In this document: positions 54,051-64,000 of the stretch, piece by piece
Layout: the number at the start of each line of letters is the position of its first letter
How positions within the stretch are numbered: the stretch's first letter is position 1
Assembly: GCA_951406725.2 (NCBI GenBank)
Contig: OX597818.1
Span: 46,128,001 to 46,192,000 of the forward strand
Direction of reading: 5' to 3'
Length of the DNA: 64,000 nucleotides
DNA from: Octopus vulgaris
Lineage: Eukaryota
The notes under the pieces: model-generated
What the model saw: the letters and a program-made list of their open reading frames with translations, nothing else
Told to the model about the DNA's origin: nothing
Databases searched by the model: none
Translations under genes and position numbers: made by a program

Positions 54051-55039
54051 CTGTCATTATGGTGTCCTGTATACTAAAAGTTATGTCAAGGAGGATATGC
54101 TGACAATTTATTTCATTAATACTTCCTATGGTGGAGACATAGCTGTGTGGTTAAGAAGCTTGCTTGCTTGCAGCTATGTGGTTTCAGTTTCAATCCCACT
54201 CTGGGCACCTTGGGCAAATTTATTGTTTCAGAATAGAACAATCCACAAGTAGAAAGTTGAGGTCATTCGTACATTTCCAGAGTTGCATTGACACAATAAA
54301 ACATTTAAATTTTATAAATATAAACAAACATACATTTGTTTTTATTGGAAGCATCAAAATGTGTATTGTACAATACAAACAAAGAGTGATATTTTTTTAA
54401 CGCATTATTTGATTTACTCATTATTTTTGCTATTTTAACCACAATACTGTATTTGAAAAAATATCACCTCTTTTGTTTGTGTCGTACTCAAATTTTAATT
54501 ATTGTTTATTTTGATTTTTGTTTTGGCACCCTCAGAAATAAAAGCAACTACTTCAGGTTATCTCATGTACCTCTCCTGGAGTCCAAGTATAGTCAGGCCA
54601 TTGGCCTTATTGTCTATACAATAGCTATTGGAAAACAGGTCCTGTGTACCTGCAGTAAGGAAATCATGAAAAAGAGCAACTTCTTGCTTTGATCTGCACA
54701 ATTCACATGAGTGATACTAAAATATCTGACTTTAACCTCAGTGTTTAAGTGGAGATTGTTGAGATGGGTTACAGTTAAGATAAAGAAAAGGATTGGATAT
54801 GACTATTCATCAACCTAACTCTCAATATAACTCTAATCATTAATTTTTGCACATTAATAGATAAACTGATGCCTTTTGTATTTAGGATTGCTGATACTGA
54901 AGTAGCTGTTTGTTTGCATTGCTTCCAAGCTTTTGTATTGTGCCTATTGTTAACTAATGGCAGTATTGGAGGTGTAAATTTCTTAGATAAGTTATTGTTA
55001 ATATAATCGCAATTTTTGGATTAACTTCTTTACATATGA

Positions 55040-55440
55040 AATAGTTTGTGGTATGAAGATTGCTTCCTCAACAATATAGTTCTGGGTTCAGTCTCACTGC
55101 GTGGCACCTTGAACAAGTGTCTTCTACTATAGCCTTGGACTGACCAAAGCCTTGTGAGTGGATTTGGTAGACAGGAAGTAGAAGCCCATTATATGTGTAT
55201 GTATGTATATATGTATGTCTGTATGTGTGTGTTTGTTTCTGTGTTTCTCCCACCACCATCACTTGACAACAGATGTTGGTGTGTTTACATCCCTGTAACT
55301 TAGCAGTTTGGCAAAAGTGACCAACAGACTTTGAAAAAAAGTACTGAAGTTGGTTCATTTGGCTAAAATTCTTGAAAGCAGTGCCCCAGCATGGCTCTAG
55401 TGTAAGGACTGAGACAAGTAAAAGTTAAAGAGATAAAAGA
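55040..55440 (+). mobile_element. composite SINE
   Basis: Head, microsatellite and tail match 30788-31185. Confidence 0.8.
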
Positions 55441-56541
55441 ATGCTCTTACTCTCTAGGCCACTGACTTATATTTCATTTTTAGGTTATTGAAATATACTT
55501 TACATTAAAGACCAGTGTCTTTTTTCAAGATTACAAAATTACATCCTTTACATATAATAAACATTATTGTGTGGAAATATATTAAAATGGGAAGAAGTAG
55601 GGAGATAATTCTCAGGGTATTACTGTAGATCATAAATGAAATGTCTCGAAATTGAGATAAGAGATTACATGCTGTTTAAAATGTTCAATGATGATGATGC
55701 ATTTATATTGTTATATAAAGAAATGACCAAAAATTATATGCATACATAAAGAAATATTTTATAGTCAATAATTCTTAGAAGTTAGTAATTACTGACAAGT
55801 CTAGCCATAGATTTGTATTTTATATGAAAATAACTGCAGCCATTAGTCATCAATTTCTTCCTCGTATGCAATGTGCAGAAAGGGTAAAAAAAAAAAAAAA
55901 CCGCAAATTTCCATGATTTATTTCTGGAAAACTTTATATATATAGAAAACAGAGAGCAAAGAATAAATGTGAATTGAAGCTAAAGAGAAAGAAAAGGATT
56001 GGATTTCTTCATATCCTGATGATTTCCTAAGTAATATCCGGAATCTAATTTTAGCAATTAAGAAGTAGTTGTTATTATTTAATTACACTGAAAATTATAT
56101 TTGAGAAGTCAAAAACATTTATTCTTGGTTATATAATTTTTTTAACATGAAAAACATAAGACATGATTTCTATTTCCAAAGAAGAATGTAAAGTTTATGT
56201 AGTACATACTAATAATTAATGCGAACATTTGTGGGTTTAGGTGAGATTATAAAGTAAGTATTACGATAAATGGATGTTTTGTCTTTCTTAACTTTGTGTT
56301 CAAATTCTACTTGTGCCAAATGTACCTTTTGTCTCTTCATAGTTGATAAAAAGTGACAAGGCACAGGCTTGGCTGTGATTAAGAAGTTTGTTTTGCAATA
56401 TATGATTTTGGGTTCAGTCCTACTGCACATCACCTTGGGCAAGTGTCTTCTACTACCACTCTGGGCCAATAAATACTTTGTGATTGAATTTGGTAGATGG
56501 AAACTGTATAGAAGCCTATCATATATAATCATATATATATA

Positions 56542-56899
56542 AGAGCACCATCTGAGCGTGATCATTGCCAGAGCGGCTAACTAGCTTCCATGCCGGTGGC
56601 ACGTAAAAGGGCACCATTTGAGTGTGATCTTTACCAGCATCGCCTTACTGGCACCTGTGCCAGTGGCATGTGTAAAAAAGATTCGAGCGAGGTCATTGCT
56701 AGTACCGCCTGACTGGCCCCTGTGCCGGTGGCATGTAAAAAGCACCCACTACACTCTCGGAGTGGTTGGCATTAGGAAGGGCATCCAGCTGTAGAAACTC
56801 TGCCAGATCAAGATTGGAGCCTGGTGTAGCCATCTGGTTCGCCAGCCCTCAGTCAAAATCATCCAACCCATGCTAGCATGGATAGCGGACGTTAAACGA

Positions 56900-56903
<4 letters not shown>
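56542..56903 (+). mobile_element. RTE 3' tail element inserted in the microsatellite of a composite SINE
   Basis: Very similar to 40135-40503; SINE head lies upstream at ~56362-56520. Confidence 0.8.
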
Positions 56904-56938
<35 letters not shown>

Positions 56939-57553
56939 TAGATAGATAGATATATGTGTTTATCCTCAACCATTACTGGAGTTGATTAGTTTCACTAAAC
57001 CCTTCAAGGCAGATGCTCCAGCATGTGATATAAAATATGAATAAATAAACTCTGTCTGATACTTAACTGAAATATTGCATTGAAGAATGTAAGCTTTTAC
57101 AATGATGACACAGAATAACTACGAACTTTCCTCTACTCACTAGTCTTGATTATAGTAGTTAGATAAAATTCTAGTGGAAACTTACTGTAAGGTGGTAATC
57201 TTGTTTCTTTTACTTTATTACAGAATCTATTTCTGAGTTTATGATATGCTGCTTTGCTAAGTTGAATATTACAAATTATTCCAAGTTAGGGAAAAAGCGA
57301 AGGATATAAAATTGTCTAATATTCTGCTCAAACCAGAAACTTGCTTAAACTTGTCTTTTAACTTCCCAATTAAATTAACAATTAGGAAGAACAAACAATG
57401 ACTAATATCTTTGTTTAGATTCCAGAATAATCTTTTGCTTTTAACAATATCGTGTTCTTGTTACTTTAGTCATAGTTGTGTTGACCGAATAAATTTCATG
57501 CCTATACTTAGTGTTAGGTAGTACTTGAGAATTCCATGTGGAATTTTAGCTTA

Positions 57554-58130
57554 CCTATTTCTTTACTACCCACAAGGAGCTAAACACAGCGAGGACAAAC
57601 AAGGACAGACAAACGGATTAAGTCAACATCAATGGAAATTGTAGCTGTGATACCAGTGCTGGTGGCACGTAAGAGAACCATCCGAACGTGGCCGTTGCCA
57701 GCGCCACCCCGACTGGCCTCCGTGCCGGTGGCACATAAAAAGCACCATCCGATCGTGGCCGTTGCCAGCCTCGCCTGGCACCTGTGCCAGTGGCACGTAA
57801 AAAGCACCCTCTACACTCACGGAGTGGTTGGTGTTAGGAAGGGCATCCAGCTGTAGAAACATTGCCAGATCAGACTGGGCCTGGTGCAGCCTTCTGGCTT
57901 CCCGGACCCCAGTTGAACCGTCCGACCCATGCTACCATGGAAAGCGGACGCTAAACGATGAAAATGATGATGATGATATCGACCCCAGTGCGTAACTGGT
58001 ACTTATTTAATCGACCCCGAAAGCATGAAAGGCAAAGTCGACCTCGGTGGAATTTGAACTCAGAACGTAACGGCAGACGAAATACAGCTACGCATTTCGC
58101 CCAGCATGCTAACGTTTCTGCCAGTTTACC
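57554..58130 (-). mobile_element. SINE (same family as 48636-48862) interrupted by an RTE 3' tail (~57629-57976, +)
   Basis: The two halves join to reproduce the 48636-48862 sequence. Confidence 0.8.
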
Positions 58131-58407
58131 TTTTGTCCTTTATGTTTTAATTGTTTCAGTTATGAGACTGTGACCATGTTGGGGGCACTACCCTTGAAGA
58201 GTTACTAGTTGAATGAGGTGACCCCAATATTCTTTTATTGTTTAAATCTGCCGGTCAAAGTGAAAAGATCCTTCTTTTATTTTTTAAAGCCTGGTACTTA
58301 TTCTATCAGTCTGTTTTGCCAAACTGCTAAGTAGTGGGGACATAAACAAGCCATCACCAGTTGTCAAGGGGTGGTAGTGGGACAAAGCGACAAGAGCGAG
58401 AGAGAAA

Positions 58408-58446
<39 letters not shown>

Positions 58447-59099
58447 GAGTATATATAGTTTGAAGGCTTCGAATGCCCCGTCCATGGTTTTTGTATCGTC
58501 TTCTAAATGTTATGCGTTCTTGTCCCAGATTGTATTTATATATATATATATATTATCATATCTTACTTATATAGCAGCTTGGGCAAGTGTCTTGGTCTTG
58601 TGAGTGGAGTTGGTAAGCGGTCTGTGTTTGTCCCCACTACCATCGCCTGACAACCGATGTTGGTGTCTTTACGTCCACGTAACTTAGTGGTTCAGCAAAA
58701 GAGACCCATACAATAAGTACGAGGCTTACAAAGAATAAGTTCTGGGATCGATTTCTTAGACTAAAAGTGGTGCTCCAGCATGGCCGCAGTCAAGTGACTG
58801 AAACAAATAAAAGAATTTTTTAAAAAAGGGAATTAAAAAATGGATGTGGTAGGTTGGGTATCATTTGATAAAATGAGAAAGGTGCAAGAGCTATAGTGTG
58901 AGGGGAAACATAGTGGCATAGAGAGTGTGACAGATATTAGAGAAGGGGAGGACAGAGTTGTGTAAGCGACAAATATGGAGTGGCAGTGGGATAGTAACAG
59001 TAATACTGTTGTCATTCAGGGATATACACGCGCGTGCTTTCAATATCTTTCTCTCTCGCTCGTGTCTCTTTCTCTCTGCCTCTCACTCCCTTTCACTTT

Positions 59100-59511
59100 G
59101 TCTCTCACTTTCCGTTTGTTAGTCTCCCCCCTACATACATACACACACTCGCAAATTTCTTGATAAGTATTGGACAGCGTTTAAACCGAAATTATCCGGA
59201 AATAACCGAAGTATTCCGTTTCTGCCATTTGTGAACAGTTCATAAAGAAGTTATCGTCTGCTAAATACTTAGTTCACTTTTCTTTTTGTCTCTCAGTCTG
59301 TTTCACTCTGTCTTTCTCCCTCTGTTAGTCTGTCTGTCTCTATCTCCCTCCCTCTCTCTCATACACACACACATACACAAATTTGTAGACAAGTATTGGA
59401 CAACGTTTAAACCGAAATTATCCGGAAATAACCGAAGTATTCCGTTTTTTCCATTTGTGAACAGTTCATAAAGAAGTTATCGTCTGCTAAATACTTTGTT
59501 CACTTTTCTTT
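59100..59511. repeat. tandem duplication (~225 bp period), probably Helitron 5' region
   Basis: AAGTATTGGACA(G/A)CGTTTAAACCGAAATTATCCGGAAATAACCGAAGTATTCCG... occurs at 59166 and 59391. Confidence 0.85.
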
Positions 59512-59950
59512 CCATGAAGACCACGTTTCAAGTCAACATTGAAGGTGAAGTAGCTTATTAATTTCGTTTTTATTATTTACAAAATTATAATCACTCATTC
59601 ATCTATTGCAAAGATAGAAAGACAGATTTCTAAAGGGGATTTTGCTATCATTTAGAATCTTATCCCTTTTGGTGTTGTAATTGTCCGTCACGTTCTGTTC
59701 ACAAAACTATATCTAAAGTTTAAACTGAAGATAAAGTCCCTTACTGAATTTATTGAAAAATATTCAACAATTACATTAATTTATTAATTCAGTCCTTTAA
59801 TAAAGTCATGGGTGATGGTAACTGTATGTCCAGAGCTGTTGCTCAAAAACAACAGAAATTACCAAATTCTTCGGGAAGAGTCCGTACGATACATATGCAA
59901 TAATTGGAAGTATTTTCGTTCTTTTATTCCTAATGATAAAATACAGGAAT

Positions 59951-60310
59951 GTGTCATATGAAATTGTCACCCATAATTATGACCCTAGTATCGATCTGTT
60001 TTAGGGTTAGGGGTGGGGGAAAGGGTATCTTTTTTTTCTTCACAACTATAAATAAACCCAATCTGTTTCTTAAATGAGGGACATATTCATACGGCACAGA
60101 ATGTTTTCACCTCAATAGACGTCATTGATTGGTTGAAATTGCAGAAATTGAAGAAAAACAACAACAAATATCTTACAAACTATAGAATTTTCTCAATAAA
60201 GCCAAGAGAAAAAAATGTTTTATAAGCACATTCTACCAGTATACGAAGTTTAAAAGTGTTTAGTTACATGGAAATTATTTTAAAAAACTGCCATTCAAAC
60301 CGAAAAGATC
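59951..60310. mobile_element. single arm of the foldback element family
   Basis: Colinear with 23077-23467, ends GAAAAGATC; flanked by TACAGGAAT and TGCAGGAAT. Confidence 0.88.
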
Positions 60311-61459
60311 TGCAGGAATACCAAACGTACATGAGTAGGGATGGAACATACTGCAGTAATGTTGAATTAGTTGCCATAAGTGAATTGTACAATGTTGCAA
60401 TTTAGGTTCATCACAAAAATGATGATGAAATTATTCTTTCTCTGTTCACTGTTTGCAGTCGGAAAGTTACAGAAAGGAAGGTTTTAGTATTATATAATGG
60501 CGAACTTGATAACAACCACTACGATGCTCTCTTTCCCATAAACAATCATAAGCATGAAAGAAATGTTGAAGGAAATGAAATATCACAAGATAGTGAAAAA
60601 GACAAAAGAATGAGAATTCAAATACTTAATAGGAAAATTGTAGAAGAGAGCAAAAACCACCAGAAAGTTAGGTTGCAAAAAAATGAAGTAATATGAGAGG
60701 AGGACAAGAGAAAAAAAAAGTAATAAAGATAGAGAAATAAGATTGCAGAGAAAGAAGGAAAATTACTGAAATAAAAAAGATGAAAGAAATAAGAAACAAT
60801 TGCAGAAAAGGAGAGAAAAAGGTAGAATAAATAGAAAACAAGAGAGTGTAAGTGACCAAAAAATATGACTAAAAAGAAGAAAGCGTTTCAGAGAAAATCA
60901 GCAGAAAAAGTATAGACGATTTCAGAGGCAAGGTGTAGCATTTAATTATGTTCCTGATTGTAATTATGCATCTGAAAAACTTGTCTCCCTGGGCTCTATG
61001 TGCAAAACATGTGAAAAGTGTGGTGCTAGGAAGTGGGACAAGGAATTATTAGGTAAGTGTTGTTCTAAAGGTAAAGTCCATTTACCAATAATTGAGCCTC
61101 CAGAACTTATAAAGCATCTTTTGGGTATCGCTACAGAATCCAAATACTTTCTTAAAAATATTCAAGCATATAATTGTGCTTTTCAAATGACATCATTTGG
61201 GGCAACAATTATTAGGGAAAGTGGGTTTATGCCAACTTTTAAAGTGCAAGGAAAAATTTATCACAGAATTGGCTCTCTTAAGCCTTTACAGAATAAAGAT
61301 CCACAATTTTTAGAAATATATTTTATAGGTGACATTCAAAGGGAAGCACAGTATTGCCACAAGAATTGTCCAGGTACAAGAATAGAACTCATTTGTAAGC
61401 TGTGAGAAATGCTTCAGGAATAGAATTCTTATGTGAGAAGCTTTCAGTATGCTTTAGAA

Positions 61460-61942
61460 CAGTGCTACTCAAAGTGGTGGTCTGCAGATTGGTTCTGCTC
61501 CAGAAGCCATCAGCTGCTGGTGTGTGGTGAGTTTCCAGAAAAGAAAGAAACAATAGCATAATTTCAGTAATTTTGCCTTATGAACTGCAGTAAACAACTT
61601 AGTGTGGTATTCACTGACTGTGGTAGAGATTGTGTAAGTAAATGTAGTATATTTGTGTTATGACAATATATTTACCATAGCTTACGACATGATAAACTAA
61701 CAAAGAAGAAGCAGGCTCACTTTTCACATCAGTAAAGATTAAGATAATAAAATGTTTATGTAATATTGTATTATTTGTTTACAAAATAAATATAAGATGA
61801 AAAAAATTGTCAACTTTTGTTATATTCATTATATATATTGTTTCTGGTATAAAGTAATATTACTAAGAAATATTACTAGTCCCTGGCACCTTGGAAAAAT
61901 AAAACTGCTGGTACACCACATCAGACAGTTTGAGAAGCACTG
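61460..61942. mobile_element. hAT (Charlie-like) MITE inserted in the Helitron ORF
   Basis: TIRs CAGTGCTACTCAAA / TTTGAGAAGCACTG; degenerate 8-bp TSD CTTTAGAA/CTTAAAAA; the Helitron protein resumes after it. Confidence 0.8.
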
Positions 61943-63791
61943 CTTAAAAATATATTTCAGCTGCAGACTTTCAAGTTGTCATTGATGCCGACAAAAGATT
62001 AGCAGAACATGTCCGTCGATTCAATGTTCCTGAGTGTAATGAAATGGCTATTATTATGGTTAGAGAACAACATGGTAAATGAGATATTGTTTTGAAATAC
62101 TTGACAGTTCCATGTCAAACTGTCTAGCCCATGCCGGCATGAAAAGTGGGCATTAAACGACGATGCGGATGATAATGATGATGATATATATATATATATA
62201 TATATACACAACAGGCTTCTTTCAGTTTCCATCTACCAAACCAACTCACAAGGTCAGCCCGAGCCTTTAGTAGAAGACACTTGCCCAGGGTGCCATGCAT
62301 GGTTTCTAAGCAAACTTCTTAGTCCCACAACCATGTCTGCAATTTATAGAGTTTTAGTTTTTTAAGTTACTTCTCTATCTTCATCTCATTGTCTCCATGT
62401 AATATATGCTTTTGCAACATGTTGATGGTACTACAATGAAAGACTTCCTATTAACTGCATGTTCTCCCATAGCGTTATTTTGTTTTGACTTCCTCACTGT
62501 TTTCTTGGCAGAGACATTGACATGATTTACCATTGCTTTCCCCAACTGGATGACCACTGGCTCACAAGGAACTTATTCATCCTTTGACAGGTCTTGTTTT
62601 TAGTCATACTGAGTGTCTAGACACCCTCCTCACAAGAGTAGCAAGCTACACAAGTGGGGGAGCCATCTTAGCTCCTCCTTGACCATAGAACCTGTAGTAC
62701 TGCTTTAAATGGTACCAGTAGTTGGTCTCATCAGCCTGTGATGAGATCCCTGACTTGACTCTCATCTTAATCTACAATTATTAAAAAAATTCAATTTGTA
62801 AAAAGCTCCTACTGAGGAATAATAATATTTAAATCTTTTTTTCTATTTACTGATGACAGTGCCATGTAAAAAGCACTGGTGCCACATAAAAAGCATCCAG
62901 TACACTCTGTATAGTGGTTGCATTAGTAAGGGTATCAAGCTGTTGAAACTGTGCCAAAACAGACTATGGAATCTGGTGTAGCTCCTGGCTTTACTAACTC
63001 CTGTCAAACTGTCCAACTCATGACAGCAAAGAAAACATGTTACATGATGATGATGATGACGGTATCTTTTCAGGTAGAGTTAAAAATAAAAATATCAATA
63101 AAAATGAGAACTCAGAAATATAGTACTTTTTATGTTCTTGAAAATTCAGATTTATTCTGATCAAAACAGCAATAAATGTATAACTAAATCTATACTACAG
63201 ACATGAGGATATTCTATGGGGGACATATACTTTCAGCTGACTTGTATCAAATGGAAAGCAAAAAGACCACATCCATCCCAAAGGCCAGTGATGAGCCAAA
63301 ATACAGGGATGAAGAGACAATATACTATACAGAGCAGGAGTATTTGAAGGGCCTGCAATGGAACTTCATTCATTTCTCTAGATAAATCTATCGTATGTCA
63401 CCTTAACCAGTATTGTTAAAATGCAGCAAGGACAATGGTAGTATATGGTATGCTCTAATGAAGGATTGGTATTCATATGACATTATGTAAAGTCTCAAAT
63501 GCTAGCAAAAGAAAAACTATAAAACTATAAACAGAGTTACTATTGCTGTAGCTTAGTCTAGTAATACAATATTTGGGAATGAAATATGCAAATTGTACTA
63601 TCCCAATGAACGAATCTGTGTTACTTGTAAAAGATAACTAAACAAAACAAAACCCCCAAAGCAACGAACCATTGTAAAGCATATTGTTTACAATTTAAAC
63701 CATATTTTATGAATGTATTTTAATTTCATGAATCAAATTATTATTGTTCCATTTCTATTATTGACTAATTTCTGAATTTCTTCTTTTTCAG

Positions 63792-63990
63792 GCTAGAAAC
63801 ATGGCTTATAGAGTTGGTGGATCTGCTGTTTCCTTCTGTTGACTACTTTAACTGTCTGTTCATTCTTGTTGCTATGGTTACTCACACGCGATTGCAATAT
63901 TACAAACACAATTATTGCCTTCTCTGCATAACTGGCTCCTTAGGATGTCGATGGCACCGTTATCGGCAATCAGCACGCAACAGCCGAAAG
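63792..63990 (+). other. 199-nt exon of host gene (5' UTR plus probable start of CDS)
   Basis: Branch-like ACTAAT, long pyrimidine tract and TTTTTCAG acceptor (63791); donor AAG|GTAAGA (63990/63991); non-repetitive, CpG-retaining sequence. Confidence 0.8.
63945..63990 (+). CDS. candidate first coding segment MSMAPLSAISTQQPK (phase 1), product unknown
   Basis: First ATG after the in-frame TAA at 63849, purine at -3, open to the donor. Alternative start at 63874 in another frame is also open. Confidence 0.45.
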
Positions 63991-64000
63991 GTAAGAAACT

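Larger units (their letters stand above)
59780..62097 (+). mobile_element. autonomous-type Helitron relic: OTU protease domain, charged linker, Zn-finger/pre-Rep region; 3' truncated
   Basis: VMGDGNCMSRAVAQ (GDGNC 59811-59825), YMSRDGTY..VELVAISELY and NNHYDAL (HYD 60517-60525); ORF 60998-61405 CEKCGARKW..CCSKGKVHLP..YNCAFQMTSFGA..PTFKVQGKIYHRIGSL; RRFNVPECNEMAII after the MITE. Confidence 0.9.

Overview
AT-rich, repeat-saturated animal genomic DNA. The SINE families and the (TA)n/(CA)n/(ATG)n density point to an octopus or other coleoid cephalopod; this is inferred from repeat style, not from a database hit. There is no intact protein-coding ORF, and almost all ORF-track entries are microsatellite or SINE artefacts. 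The most economical model is a + strand host gene with a repeat-free, CpG-richer promoter and 5' exon region (~6.0-7.1 kb), a ~57 kb 5' intron and a first coding exon at 63792-63990. The intron and flanks hold decayed mobile elements: two mariner relics, a piggyBac relic, TTAA MITEs, hAT MITEs, CR1/L2-group and RTE LINE pieces, several SINE families, a non-autonomous Helitron and an autonomous-type Helitron relic carrying an OTU protease domain. Best observations: (1) type I hammerhead ribozyme motifs in Penelope-like termini, including a 5-copy family with a variant core; (2) an 830 bp foldback transposon with internal telomere-like repeats, plus a one-armed relative inside the Helitron OTU domain; (3) a LINE/SINE shared 3' tail with a covarying stem-loop. 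I see no evidence strong enough to claim a wholly new biological system.
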